Positions 11,967-23,299 of a stretch of DNA of 45,559 bases are shown here, in pieces. Positions within the stretch are counted from its first letter, which is position 1; each line of letters opens with the position of its first letter. A model generated the notes under the pieces. That model saw nothing but the letters and a program-made list of their open reading frames with translations, was not told where the DNA came from and did no database searches. The DNA is from an uncultured Neisseria sp. GTDB taxonomy: Bacteria > Pseudomonadota > Gammaproteobacteria > Burkholderiales > Neisseriaceae. The stretch lies in the NCBI GenBank assembly GCA_927911515.1, contig CAKMQH010000186.1, positions 1-45,559 of the forward strand, written 5' to 3'. Made by a program: the position numbers and the translations under genes.

Positions 11967-12000
11967 AACAGCCGATACGGGAAAGTATCGGCTGTTTTTT
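11967..12000 (+). terminator. Intrinsic terminator of glgP
   Basis: AACAGCCGATAC-GGGAAA-GTATCGGCTGTT followed by TTTT. Confidence 0.85.
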
Positions 12001-12031
12001 GCATGGCTGATTTTAAAAGGATAATGTGAGA

Positions 12032-12097
12032 AAAGGTCGTCTGAAAACCAAATTTGTTGGCTTATAAACGCCGCAAAATGGTTTTCAGACGACCTTT
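12032..12097. terminator. Inverted DUS pair between convergent genes
   Basis: AAAGGTCGTCTGAAAACCA ... TGGTTTTCAGACGACCTTT. Confidence 0.7.
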
Positions 12098-12103
12098 GAG
12101 CGT

Positions 12104-12784
12104 TCACCAAATTTTATTGCTGGATTTCAAATATCGCCTATCGTCAAAAGTATTGATCCATTGCGGTCTGAGTGCGATGAAAATAGCGGTAGTGATGCCG
12201 CTGAGAAAGGCTTCTGCCCAAGCGATCAGGATGAAAATGGGGAGGGCGGTAGTCCAAAGTACGGATGACGGAAAGGCATGGCTGAGATCCAAAACGCTGA
12301 CCAACACCAGTCCGGTCAACATCATGCCTACGGCGGATGCGATGAATCCGTTGACAAAAATAAAGATAAAAATATTCGCGGGCAGATGGTTCACCAAACG
12401 ACGGGAGAGCTGATTGACAATAAGCGGCGGTAAGAGCAGGGCGAGGGCGTTGACAGGGTAGGCATATCCGTCGCCGCCGTTGAATAAGAGAAGATAAGGG
12501 AGAAGCAGAGCCGAACCCAGCCATAATGCAGCGGGCGCACCAATCATCAGCGCAACCAAATTCATGGCAAGCAGGTGGTAGCTCATTTGCGCAAGCTGTC
12601 CTTCGTCAGTCATTGCATTCAGGCACCATGCGGTCGTCAGTATCAGGGCGGAGAGGATGGAGGCGGAATGGTGTTTCTGCATGGATCGCCATGCCGGACG
12701 CGCGCAAGCGAGAAGCAGAATGGACAACAGCAGCCAAGCAGTGGCTAAAGTCGAACTGGAGAACCATGCGGCTTGAAAATTCAT
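12104..12784 (-). CDS. Energy-coupling-factor (CbiM-like) permease-family membrane protein, stand-alone
   Basis: 226 aa, several TM helices, SYHLL, LPANIFIFIFVNGF, EAFLSG..TAIFIALRPQWINTFDDRRYL motifs. Confidence 0.7.
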   Translation of the reverse strand: MNFQAAWFSSSTLATAWLLLSILLLACARPAWRSMQKHHSASILSALILTTAWCLNAMTDEGQLAQMSYHLLAMNLVALMIGAPAALWLGSALLLPYLLLFNGGDGYAYPVNALALLLPPLIVNQLSRRLVNHLPANIFIFIFVNGFIASAVGMMLTGLVLVSVLDLSHAFPSSVLWTTALPIFILIAWAEAFLSGITTAIFIALRPQWINTFDDRRYLKSSNKIW

Positions 12785-12922
12785 ACGAAACCAGACCGAG
12801 GGTAAATATTCAGACTACCTGCATTATACCCCGCAGACGAAATTCGCGGCGGACTTGTTTTGTTTAGTGATGAAACACGCTAAAATAACGACCTTTGCCG
12901 TTTATTTCAAGGGAAACAGCGA

Positions 12923-15900
12923 ATGTTTTGGACTGTGCTGATTATCATTTTATTGTGTGCCATTTGCGGCGTATTTTGGCTGCACAGAAAACAAGAACGC
13001 GACTGGCAGCACGAATTGGCACGCTTAGAGCGTGGCATGCAAGAGGGCACATATATTCCTCACGATCAGGATGCTGATTCTCCACATCAATTTTCGGAAG
13101 ATGCCAAAGCGGCATACGGAAAAACCATCGCGCGCCTGCGCCTGATGGCGGCGCGTTACACTCCGCAGCAAGAGCAATCAACAGAAGAACAGGTAAACGT
13201 CGAAAACGAAGAAACTGAAGCCGGTATGCCAGATATAGCGGATTTCTTTGAAAGCCAAGAAGCAAAACAGGAATATCATCAAGATACCGATATCAAAGGG
13301 TCGTCTGAAAATCCGTCTGCAGAGCCTGTTCAATCATCCGAGCCCCGCCAACACCACGCATCCGAAAGAAAAGATGCGCCATATATCGTTCCTTTCGTCG
13401 AAACTGAAGAGCCTGAATATATTCCCCGTATCGTTAAATACGAAAACTTTGAAGAAATCACTCTGGAAGAGGCGACCCGTTCGCTCAATGAAGCGGCATT
13501 GCAGGAATGGGAAGAGCAACAGACCGTTAACCATCCTACTGAGGATTGGAGTAGCGATGAAGAGGAAATCCAGCTTATCCGCGCGTCGGTTACGCCGATG
13601 AAAGGTTTGCAGATTATCGATTTCAACGATCCCGTACTGCGCCGAATCCGCGAGCGTGTCATGGCAGGCGTTAACGGCATTCAAATTCCCAAAGCCAGTG
13701 CGCCGCATATCGAAACCGTGCAAACCGCGCTGCGCACGGCGGAACGCGAAGCCATTTTGCCTGCCGTTGATAATCTGGACAGCCGTGCAGAGATTGATGT
13801 GACGGACATCCGAAATACATTGGCGCGAAGTACGGCAGCCCGCCAACGCCTTGCCGCCGCCGTTGCGCCTGTGCGCGATTTTCAGCCGCAAATCATCCAA
13901 AACGATGAAATTTTGGCAAACCTGATTCCTGCAAGCCGCCGCCGGACGGTTCGTCATGCTGAAGCCGCCGCAGAAAAACTGGCGCGCAAGCAGCAATCTG
14001 CTGCCGTACAGATGAAACCGTCGGAAGAAACCAACCAACCTGAGCAAACGGTTGCGCCATCGATTGCACGCAAACCGCTGTTCCCGCCCAAAACAATTCG
14101 TACCGAACCTGCCGCTGCGCCAAAAGAAAAAGCCGTTTATATTTCAAGGCAGCCTGCTCCTACGGCAACCGTAGTCGAGCCACCTGAAGTGCCTGCTGTC
14201 ATCCCAACGTCAATCGATATTCCGGAGCCGCCCAGCTTTACGCCGCCGCCTGTCGCGCCGGAAATCTTTGAGCCTCAGATGACACGTTCTGGCTTGGAAA
14301 TTCCGACGTTCCCTTCCGAAGTCAACGCGCATGTCAGCGATAATCCTATCCGTTCGATTCATGATTACTTAATCAGCGAGTCCGAAACTGAAGATGAATT
14401 TGCAGGCGAAGATTTGCAGAGCAACACTGAAATTGAATCCGTCCATATAGAAGAGGCAGAAATTTCTGCTTTTGAACATCATCAGTCGATACATCATTCC
14501 GATCATACGACTGCTTATACTGCTGATGATTTTGATGAGGATTCGGAAGAGGATACCCAAGCGGTTTACGAATTTTCAGACGACCTGAGCCAACCTTTGC
14601 CAACCACAGACTTGCTTCTTCCGCCCCAATTCGACCCTGCTGCGACGCAGACCGAAGAAGAATTGTTAAACAACAGTATCACCATCGAAGAAAAACTGGC
14701 GGAATTTAAGGTCAAAGTCAAAGTCGTGGATTCCTATTCTGGTCCGGTGATTACGCGTTACGAAATCGAACCTGATGTCGGCGTGCGCGGCAATTCGGTC
14801 ATGAACCTCGAAAAAGACCTCGCCCGTTCGCTCGGCGTTGCCTCTATCCGCGTCGTCGAAACCATACCCGGTAAAACCTGTATGGGCTTGGAGCTGCCGA
14901 ACCCGAAACGCCAAATGATACGCCTGAGCGAAATTTTCAATTCGCCTGCGTTTGCCGAATCCAAATCCAAGCTCACGCTCGCGCTCGGTCAGGATATTAC
15001 CGGACAGCCCGTCGTTACCGACTTGGGCAAAGCGCCGCATTTGTTGGTTGCCGGTACGACCGGTTCGGGTAAATCGGTCGGTGTTAATGCCATGATTCTG
15101 TCCATGCTCTTCAAGGCGACGCCTGAAGACGTGCGCATGATTATGATTGACCCGAAAATGCTGGAATTGAGCATTTACGAAGGCATTCCGCACCTACTCG
15201 CGCCTGTCGTTACCGATATGAAACTGGCGGCAAACGCGCTCAACTGGTGCGTCAACGAAATGGAAAAACGCTATCGTCTGATGAGCCATGTAGGCGTGCG
15301 CAACCTTGCGGGCTTCAATCAAAAAATCATGGAAGCCGCGGCACAAGGTATGAAAATCGCCAACCCGTTCAGTCTAACGCCCGATAATCCCGAACCTTTG
15401 GAAAAACTGCCGTTTATCGTAGTCGTGGTTGACGAGTTTGCCGACTTGATGATGACCGCAGGCAAGAAAATCGAAGAGCTGATTGCCCGTCTCGCACAAA
15501 AAGCCCGCGCGCAGGTATCCATTTGATCCTTGCCACGCAACGACCCAGCGTCGATGTCATCACAGGTCTGATTAAAGCCAACATCCCGACACGCATCGCC
15601 TTCCAAGTATCTAGCAAAATCGACAGCCGCACGATTCTCGACCAAATGGGCGCGGAAAACCTGCTCGGACAAGGCGATATGCTGTTCCTACCGCCCGGCA
15701 CAGGTTATCCGCAACGCGTTCACGGCGCATTCGCTTCAGACGACGAGGTACACCGCGTGGTCGAATATCTGAAACAATTCGGCGAGCCCGATTACATTGA
15801 CGATATTCTGATGAGCGGCACAACCGACGATCTGCCGGGCATCAGCCGCAGTAGCGACAGTGAAGTTGACCCAATGTATGAGGAGGCTGTCTCCGTCGTT

Positions 15901-16068
15901 CTAAAAACGCGTAAAGCCAGCATTTCCGGCATCCAGCGTCAATTACGCATCGGCTACAACCGCGCTGCCCGCCTGATTGACCAAATGGAAGCAGACGGCA
16001 TCGTCTCGCCTGCCGAAACCAACGGTAATCGTACCGTTTTGGCACAAAGCAGCGAACATTTGGACTAA
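12923..16068 (+). CDS. ftsK: DNA translocase FtsK with a single N-terminal TM and a long acidic/Pro-rich linker; frameshift near 15511
   Basis: [22 protein letters not shown] (Walker A), [31 protein letters not shown], gamma domain [17 protein letters not shown]. Confidence 0.93.
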
Positions 16069-16102
16069 AACCACACCAAAGCAGGAGAAAAGCCGATTGC
16101 CA

Positions 16103-16130
16103 TTGCAGTTTCCCCTGATTTTGGTACAAT
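16103..16130 (+). promoter_or_regulatory. Sigma70-type promoter upstream of the greA leader
   Basis: TTGCAG-N16-TACAAT with an extended -10 TG. Confidence 0.6.
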
Positions 16131-16152
16131 ACCGCCATTCATTCTTACACAG

Positions 16153-16190
16153 ACAAGCCGCCGAGATTTAGGCGGCTTGTATTTTTATTT
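16153..16190 (+). terminator. Intrinsic terminator: greA leader attenuator or ftsK terminator
   Basis: ACAAGCCGCC-GAGATTTA-GGCGGCTTGT followed by ATTTTTATTT. Confidence 0.75.
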
Positions 16191-16265
16191 TCATTTTGCG
16201 GATTATATTTACCGCGTATTTACCAGGCAAAAGCAGCCCAAACGCTTTTGCGGAGAAGACAAACC

Positions 16266-16742
16266 ATGCAAAAAATTCCATTGACCGCACGCGGCGCAGA
16301 ATTGCTCAAACAAGAATTGCAACGCCTCAAAAGCGTCGCCCGCCCTGAAATCATCGAAGCCATCGCCGAAGCCCGTTCACACGGCGACTTGTCCGAAAAC
16401 GCCGAATATGAAGCTGCCAAAGAAAAACAAGGCTTCATCGAAGGCCGTATTTCCGAGCTGGAACACAAATTATCCATGGCACACATCATCAATCCTGCCG
16501 AAATCCACGCCGAAGGCAAAATCGTCTTCGGTACGACCGTAACGCTGGAAGATTTAGAAAGTGAAGAACACGTTACCTATCAAATCGTAGGCGAAGACGA
16601 AGCGGACATTAAAGAAGGCAAAATCTACGTCGGCTCTCCCATTGCCCGTGCTCTAATCGGTAAAGAAGAAGGCGATGTCGCCGAAGTGCAAGCCCCCGGC
16701 GGCGTTCGTGAATACGACATTATTTCGGTTCAATATATCTGA
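16266..16742 (+). CDS. greA: Transcription elongation factor GreA
   Basis: [43 protein letters not shown] 16266 after GGAGA. Confidence 0.97.
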   Translation: MQKIPLTARGAELLKQELQRLKSVARPEIIEAIAEARSHGDLSENAEYEAAKEKQGFIEGRISELEHKLSMAHIINPAEIHAEGKIVFGTTVTLEDLESEEHVTYQIVGEDEADIKEGKIYVGSPIARALIGKEEGDVAEVQAPGGVREYDIISVQYI

Positions 16743-16764
16743 TTGCTCCGAATATTATTGATAT

Positions 16765-16812
16765 AAAAGGTCGTCTGAAAACCAAAGAAAATGATTTTTC
16801 AGACGACCTTTT
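16765..16812. terminator. Bidirectional DUS hairpin between greA and ispG
   Basis: AAAAGGTCGTCTGAAAA ... TTTTCAGACGACCTTTT. Confidence 0.8.
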
Positions 16813-16826
16813 TTTGTTTATGCCTA

Positions 16827-18092
16827 TCAAGCGGACTGTATCGGGATGATACGGTTTTGACTGCGTTTGGCGCCGCCTTCGCAATAATTGGTTTTGACGT
16901 ATTCTTCGACAATCTCTAAAAATTCTGCTGCTATGTTGTCGCCTTTTAAAGTCACTTTGCGTTCTCCGTCAACATAAACCGGTGCAACAGGGGTTTCGCC
17001 GGTTCCGGGCAGGCTGATGCCGATGTCTGCCAGTTTGCTTTCGCCCGGTCCGTTAACAACGCAGCCCATAACGGCAACGTTTAAAGATTCTACGCCGGGG
17101 TAAACAGTGCGCCATACGGTCATTTTTTGGCGCAGGTAATTTTGTACGTCTTGAGCGAGCTCTTGGAAGACTGTACTGGTGGTGCGTCCGCAACCGGGGC
17201 AGGCGGTAACCATGGGGGTAAACGAGCGCAGGCCCATGGTTTGTAGAATTTCCTGACCGACAATGACTTCCTGCGTGCGCGAGCTGCCGGGTTCGGGGGT
17301 AAGTGAGATACGGATGGTGTCGCCGATACCTTCTTGGAGCAGTACGGCCAAGGCTGCAGTAGAGGCAACAATGCCTTTGCTGCCCATGCCTGCTTCCGTT
17401 AAGCCTAAGTGGAGCGGATATTGGCAACGGCTGCCCAACTCGCGGTAAACCTGAATCAAATCTTGAACGGCGCTGACCTTGCACGACAAGATGATTTTGT
17501 TTTCAGGCAAACCTAACAAAACGGCTTTTTCAGCAGATTCCAACGCCGAAATAATCAAGGCTTCTTTCATGATTTCTTCAGGCGGTTTGGGCGATGAGGA
17601 CGCCAGATTGGCATCCATCATGCGCTTGGCGAGGCTTTGGTCAAGCGAACCCCAGTTGACGCCGATACGGACGGCTTTGTCGTTTTCGGCGGCAGTCCGA
17701 ATCATATAGGCAAATTTTTCATCACCTTTTGCGCCTTTGCCGACATTGCCGGGGTTGATGCGGTATTTGGACAAGGCTTTGCCGCACTCGGGAAATTCTG
17801 CCAACAGACGTTCGCCATTGAAATGGAAGTCGCCAATCAGCGGGGTGGTGTAACCCATGTCGTCCAAACGCTGGCGGATTTCGGCAACTTTGGAGGCGGC
17901 TTCCGGGCTGTTGACGGTAATGCGCACCATTTCTGAGCCTGCATCGCTCAATTCTTTGACTTGCAGGGCGGTTGCTTTAGCATCTGCGGTGTCGGTATTG
18001 GTCATCGATTGCACGACAACGGGAGCATCTGAACCGACGGTGAGATGATCGATTTGTACTTGATGGGTTTGGCGGCGTTTGGGGGTGTTCAT
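16827..18092 (-). CDS. ispG: (E)-4-hydroxy-3-methylbut-2-enyl diphosphate synthase
   Basis: [49 protein letters not shown]. Confidence 0.97.
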   Translation of the reverse strand: MNTPKRRQTHQVQIDHLTVGSDAPVVVQSMTNTDTADAKATALQVKELSDAGSEMVRITVNSPEAASKVAEIRQRLDDMGYTTPLIGDFHFNGERLLAEFPECGKALSKYRINPGNVGKGAKGDEKFAYMIRTAAENDKAVRIGVNWGSLDQSLAKRMMDANLASSSPKPPEEIMKEALIISALESAEKAVLLGLPENKIILSCKVSAVQDLIQVYRELGSRCQYPLHLGLTEAGMGSKGIVASTAALAVLLQEGIGDTIRISLTPEPGSSRTQEVIVGQEILQTMGLRSFTPMVTACPGCGRTTSTVFQELAQDVQNYLRQKMTVWRTVYPGVESLNVAVMGCVVNGPGESKLADIGISLPGTGETPVAPVYVDGERKVTLKGDNIAAEFLEIVEEYVKTNYCEGGAKRSQNRIIPIQSA

Positions 18093-18094
18093 CT

Positions 18095-18967
18095 TTATTT
18101 TTTTCCTGCTACAAAGGAAGCTGATTTTTCACCGGCAACCCGGTATTCTGCCAGATTGATGGTTGTCCCGCCATAATTGGCTTGTGCACCTGTGGCAATA
18201 CCGATCCAGACATTGTAGGGCGCACCGCCTTTAAAACGCCTTTCGCTTCCTGCGGGAATGATCCGGCTGAAAATCATGGTACCTTTCTTGTCGGTGATAA
18301 TCAGATTGCTTCGGTATTGGACTTTAATCCAAAGCTCGTCTGAATCGACTTTGACTTCAGGTGCGGATGCCGCTGCTTCGGATGCGGCGACACTTGAAGC
18401 TGCTTTTTCGGCATTGGATATTTCTTGTTTGCCGTTTTCTGCCATATTGGAAACGGCAACATTTTCTTTTTTCAAATCCGGCGTCTGCATACTGTTACGT
18501 ACTGCATCGCTGTTTTGCGCGACTTGTTGTTCGTTTTCATGATTGGACTTGCTTTGCCAAACATAAATACCGCCGCCAAGCAGGATGAGTGCTGCCACGC
18601 CCAAGACCCATTTGGGAAAGCCGACTTTTTCACCATCTTGGTAGTTTAAGCCGGTATTTTGTTTGCGATCTACCAGATAGACATGGTCTTCTTCCGGCGC
18701 AGAAATGGCTTTCAGACGACCTGTAATGGTTGCTTCATCGATTTTCAACAGACGGGCATAAGAACGCAGATAGCCCATAACGAAGACCAATCCTGAAAAG
18801 AAAGAATAGTCTCCTTTTTCAAGTGCTTCAATTTGTTCGGCAGACAGTTTCAACCGTCGCGCTACTTCGTCAATATCCCAACCTGATTTGTGTCTGAGTT
18901 GTCCCAGCTCATCACCCAATGATTTGGCAGCTTGAATGTCGTATTCGTTTTTCTTTTGATTTTCCAT
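18095..18967 (-). CDS. rodZ: Cytoskeleton protein RodZ
   Basis: N-terminal HTH ([22 protein letters not shown]), one TM, periplasmic C-domain; conserved position between pilW and ispG. Confidence 0.85.
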   Translation of the reverse strand: MENQKKNEYDIQAAKSLGDELGQLRHKSGWDIDEVARRLKLSAEQIEALEKGDYSFFSGLVFVMGYLRSYARLLKIDEATITGRLKAISAPEEDHVYLVDRKQNTGLNYQDGEKVGFPKWVLGVAALILLGGGIYVWQSKSNHENEQQVAQNSDAVRNSMQTPDLKKENVAVSNMAENGKQEISNAEKAASSVAASEAAASAPEVKVDSDELWIKVQYRSNLIITDKKGTMIFSRIIPAGSERRFKGGAPYNVWIGIATGAQANYGGTTINLAEYRVAGEKSASFVAGKK

Positions 18968-18971
18968 GTAG

Positions 18972-19726
18972 TTACTTACCTGTGGTTACTGCCTGTAATT
19001 GTTCCGAGTAGGGGAAGTTTGCCCTTAACTGGGCTTCGTATTCGTAGGCTGCCTGGCTATTGCCCAAAGCAGTCGCCAATTTCCAACCCAGCAGCAAATC
19101 ATCTGCCTGCAAGACATCGACTTTGCTTTGGTATTGACGGAAATAATAGTCCGCTTCGTTTAAATTGCCTGCCAGCATTTTGGTTCTTGCCAATTCTTTA
19201 AACGCAGGCGGGAATTGGGGTTGCGCAGCCAAAGAGCGTTCGAGATAAGCTTCTGCCAGCGAATATTGGCCCATCTTCGCGCTGCAAATGCCTTTGTTGA
19301 GGTTGGCGATAAATGGGGATGGATAAGTCGGATCGGCGAGGGCTTTGTCAAAATAACTGATGGACTGGGCGGGATTATTCATCTCGCTGCACAAGAACCA
19401 GCCGTAGTTATTATTGATTTCCGCATTGTCAGGTTTCAAAGATAGGGCTTTTTGGAAGCTTTCCTGTGCCTTGTCGCGCACTTTGAGATATTGATAAATT
19501 TGCGCGCGAACCAGCCATGCATCTTCATTGCTGCTGTCTGCTTTCAATGCCTCTTCAATGCTTACCGTTGCTTGACGGTAATCGCCCCCGCGCATGTATT
19601 CGATAGCCAACTGGGTTTTGATATTGGCGACCTGTGTCGCACGTTCCGCTCTGCTTGGACCTTTCGGGCCGCGCATGCGCCCAAAACTAAAGTTAAAATA
19701 ATGGGTTGCCAAATGTTCAGTTTCAT
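18972..19726 (-). CDS. pilW: Type IV pilus biogenesis/stability lipoprotein (TPR); frameshift near 19670
   Basis: Reconstructed start MKLNIWQPIILTLVLGAC (lipobox) at 19726; TPR body QLAIEYM, INNNYGWFLC, ALADPTYP, YEAQLRANFPYS. Confidence 0.9.
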
Positions 19727-19728
19727 AA

Positions 19729-20823
19729 TCAGCTCTGTTGTTCAACCAAAATCTGCTGCCATTTTTGTTGGCGGCGTGTTTTATCTTGTACTTGTCCTGC
19801 CAATTGACCGCAAGCCGCGTCAATATCGTCGCCACGCGTTTTGCGGACGGTTACCACGAATCCTGCCTGCTGCAAAATATCGCGGAAAACGCGGATATTT
19901 TCATTGGTAGAGCGTTCGTAGCCGGAATTTGGGAAGGGATTGAACGGAATCAGATTGAATTTGCACGGTACGTCTTTTACCAGTTCAATCAGTTCGCGCG
20001 CATGTTGCGCTTTATCATTGATTCCGTCCAACATAACATATTCAAAAGTAATGAAATCTCTTGGTGCTTTGACTAAATAGCGTTGACATGCCGCCATCAA
20101 CTCTTTCAACGGATATTTTTTATTCAGCGGAACGATTTGATCACGCACTTCGTCGTTGGAAGCATGAAGGGACACTGCCAGCGCAACAGGCATCGCATCG
20201 CGCAGCCTGTCCATTTGCGGCACCATACCCGATGTGGAAACGGTAACACGGCGGCGGCTTAGACCGTAGCCATGATCGTCCAGCATGATGCTTAATGCAG
20301 TAATGACGTTATCAAAGTTCGCCATCGGCTCGCCCATGCCCATCATGACCACATTGGAAATCACACGTTCGTTTTTCGGTGTAACGCCCATCGCTTTGTT
20401 TGCCCACCACAATTGCCCGATGATTTCGGCAGCGGTCAGATTACGGTTGAAACCTTGGCGGCCGGTAGAACAGAAGGTGCATTCCAATGCGCAGCCGACT
20501 TGCGAGGAAATACACAACGTACCGCGTTCTGCCTCGGGGATAAACACAGTTTCCACGCCGTTGCCCGTTCCTACATCCAACAGCCATTTACGCGTCCCAT
20601 CGGCGGATTCTTGCGCCATCATCAGTTTGGGCACATCCACGCTTGCCTGTTCGTTGAGTTTCAGACGCAGGGATTTTGCCAAATCGGTCATTTCATCGAA
20701 ACTTTGCGCGCCAGCTTGGTGGATCCAGCGCATGACTTGTTTGGCGCGGAACGGTTTTTCGCCCATCTCGGCAAAATGATGGGTCAGTCCGTTTAAATCG
20801 TAATTCAGCAGATTGGTTTTCAT
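19729..20823 (-). CDS. rlmN: 23S rRNA/tRNA adenine C2 methyltransferase (radical SAM)
   Basis: [30 protein letters not shown]; start MKTNLL at 20823. Confidence 0.96.
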   Translation of the reverse strand: MKTNLLNYDLNGLTHHFAEMGEKPFRAKQVMRWIHQAGAQSFDEMTDLAKSLRLKLNEQASVDVPKLMMAQESADGTRKWLLDVGTGNGVETVFIPEAERGTLCISSQVGCALECTFCSTGRQGFNRNLTAAEIIGQLWWANKAMGVTPKNERVISNVVMMGMGEPMANFDNVITALSIMLDDHGYGLSRRRVTVSTSGMVPQMDRLRDAMPVALAVSLHASNDEVRDQIVPLNKKYPLKELMAACQRYLVKAPRDFITFEYVMLDGINDKAQHARELIELVKDVPCKFNLIPFNPFPNSGYERSTNENIRVFRDILQQAGFVVTVRKTRGDDIDAACGQLAGQVQDKTRRQQKWQQILVEQQS

Positions 20824-21041
20824 GTGGTTTATTTCTTGGTAAAAGCTTTTGAATAAAGGCTGCCGTTGGTTATAAGTCTTGTGAATCTGATGGAGAAGGG
20901 AGCTTCGCAACAGTCTGGAAAATTTCCCCAATCTTTTTTTTAGCAAACAGCTTTTATTCTCAAGCTTCTTCTATCATATTTTCAGACGACCCCCATTTTA
21001 GAAAGGTCGTCTGAAAACAGATTGAGACAGACAATATCGAC

Positions 21042-21082
21042 AAAACCGTCCAAACGCCCGAACCGGTCGGACGCTCGAACGG
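21042..21082 (-). terminator. ndk terminator with a 16-bp stem including four G-U pairs
   Basis: Minus strand CCGTTCGAGCGTCCGA-CCGGT-TCGGGCGTTTGGACGG-TTTT pairs fully only as minus-strand RNA. Confidence 0.75.
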
Positions 21083-21091
21083 CATTTATCG

Positions 21092-21517
21092 TTAACGTGG
21101 GCAGATTTCGCTTTGGCTGAAGAAGTAGGCAATCTCGATTGCTGCGTTTTCCAGACTGTCAGAGCCGTGTACGGCGTTTACGCTGAGAGATTCGGCAAAA
21201 TCCGCGCGTATCGTACCGGGCGCTGCTTCGGCAGGGTTGGTTGCGCCCATCAACTCACGGTTTTTTGCAACGGCATTTTCACCTTCCAGTACCTGAATCA
21301 TGACAGGGCCGCTGGTCATAAAGGCAACCAAACTGTCGTAAAAAGGACGCTCTTTGTGCACAGCATAAAACTCTTGGGCTTCGCGCACGCTGAGGTGCTT
21401 CATTTTGGCGGCGACAATACGCAGGCCATTGTCTTCAAAACGGCTGTAAATTTTGCCGATTACATTTTTACCTACAGCATCGGGTTTAACGATGGAGATC
21501 GTGCGCTCAATAGCCAT
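21092..21517 (-). CDS. ndk: Nucleoside diphosphate kinase
   Basis: [36 protein letters not shown]. Confidence 0.98.
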   Translation of the reverse strand: MAIERTISIVKPDAVGKNVIGKIYSRFEDNGLRIVAAKMKHLSVREAQEFYAVHKERPFYDSLVAFMTSGPVMIQVLEGENAVAKNRELMGATNPAEAAPGTIRADFAESLSVNAVHGSDSLENAAIEIAYFFSQSEICPR

Positions 21518-21636
21518 ATTATGTCCTTGTTTTTATTGCGTTGTGCAATAGTCTGAGGTTGAGGAAAATGAACTGCTATTTTATCAAATTTCAGTTTGCT
21601 TTGGGAAAAGCTACTCTTTTTTTCTTTGCCTAAATC

Positions 21637-22774
21637 TTATTTTTTCAACGTCAGGTGCGGCTGTTCCAAATAAACTTCCGATTGCATTTCCACCATACGG
21701 CTGGCAGTGCGGGTAAATTCTTCGGCAAAATCGCCCTCGACATAAATATCGTTTACACCTACCGCGCTGGTTGCACAGAGTTTCACTCGGAAATCGTACA
21801 GTACATCAATCAGCCAAGTAAGGCGGCGCGCTTCGGCTTTTTCCTGCGGAGTCAGGCGCTCCAATCCTGATACGAACACCATTTCATAATGTTCGGCCAA
21901 ATAGAGGTAATCGGCTTGCGAACGCGGTCCAAAGCATAAAGCGCGGAAATCGAACCAAATGGCGCGGTTGGATTGGGCCTTATGCGGAATTTCGCGCCCG
22001 TGTATCACGCTGACGCCGGGGTTCAATTCGGAAATTCCCGCCATTTCTTTAAACAAATCAGCTAATTTTTGCTCGTTTTCTTCATTGTTGGGAACGAAGA
22101 AAATCTCGGCAGGACGTAAAGTACGCAGACGGTAGTCTTCTCCGCCATCAACATTTAAGACGGTCAGGCTGGATTCAATCAGTGCAATGGTCGGCAGAAA
22201 ACTGCTTCTGTTTTGACCTTGAGGGTAAAGTTCGGACGGGGCATAGTTGGAAGTTGCCACCAAAACTACGCCTTCACTCAATAAATTTTCCAACAGGCGT
22301 CCAAGAATCATCGCATCTGCAATATCGCTGACGTGGAATTCGTCAAAACACAATACGCGGGTCTCTTTGGCAATCTCGGCAGCTACTGCTTTTAAGGGAT
22401 TAGCTTCGCTTTTCAAATCTTTCAAACGCTTGTGGATTTCCGCCATAAAAGCATGAAAGTGGACACGGCGTTTGCGGCGGTATGGCAAGCAGCCGAAAAA
22501 AGCGTCCATCAAAAAAACTTTTGCCGCGACCTACGCCGCCATAAAAATACAAACCTTTCGGCACTTGAGGAGAGCGCAGGCTGCGTCCTAGAAAGCGGTT
22601 ACGTTTGCGTTTGAACATCATCAGCTCGGTCCACAAACGATCCAAATATTCAATCGCACGCGCTTGTGCTTCATCACGGATGAAGTTCGGTTGTTCCGCT
22701 GCCGCCTGATACCAAGTCAGCGGGCTGTGGTTCTCAAACGGAGGGGCGATAAACAGTTGACCTCTATCACTCAT
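21637..22774 (-). CDS. zapE: Cell division ATPase ZapE (AFG1 family); frameshift at the A8 run 22511-22518
   Basis: GLYFYGGVGRGKS, VHFHAFM, LCFDEFHVSDIADAMIL, FTRTASRMVEMQS. Confidence 0.92.
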
Positions 22775-22935
22775 ATCTGACCTTTATTATGTTTTTGGGT
22801 TTGACAATTACGTTTTATCAACGGGCAATCATTAAAAGAAACGTATTATAGATGATTTCAGACGACCCTATGAATTTTCCATTACAAATTCCACCCAAAT
22901 TCCGAAAACAATAGAGAACAATATTTTCAGACGAC

Positions 22936-22961
22936 AAAAAACGCCGCATTTCTGCGGCGTT
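22936..22961 (-). terminator. Terminator of rpsA-ihfB
   Basis: Minus strand AACGCCGCA-GAAA-TGCGGCGTT followed by TTTT. Confidence 0.85.
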
Positions 22962-22974
22962 CGTTCACTCAGGT

Positions 22975-23289
22975 TTAGTTGGCATTTTCTTGTAAAGCCA
23001 AGTCCACACGTTCGCGCAATTCCTTGCCGGGTTTGAAGTGAGGAACGTGTTTTTCAGGCACTTCCACACGTTCGCCGGTTTTGGGGTTGCGACCGATACG
23101 GGCCGGGCGATGGTTCAAATCGAAGCTGCCGAAACCACGGATTTCAATACGCTGACCGCGAGCCAGCGAGCGGGTCATGGTGTCAACCAAAACCTTTACG
23201 CTGTATTCGACGTCTTTTGCCAGCAATTGGTTACCGTTTTTCTCGGCAAAAACTTCTGCCAAACGAACCATTAATTCAGACTTCGTCAT
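22975..23289 (-). CDS. ihfB: Integration host factor subunit beta
   Basis: [36 protein letters not shown]; follows rpsA. Confidence 0.97.
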   Translation of the reverse strand: MTKSELMVRLAEVFAEKNGNQLLAKDVEYSVKVLVDTMTRSLARGQRIEIRGFGSFDLNHRPARIGRNPKTGERVEVPEKHVPHFKPGKELRERVDLALQENAN

Positions 23290-23299
23290 GTCTGCAACC

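Noticed and set aside
19727..19835. N-terminal extension of PilW in the ORF track
   Set aside because: Overlaps rlmN; the lipoprotein start at 19726 is in another frame.
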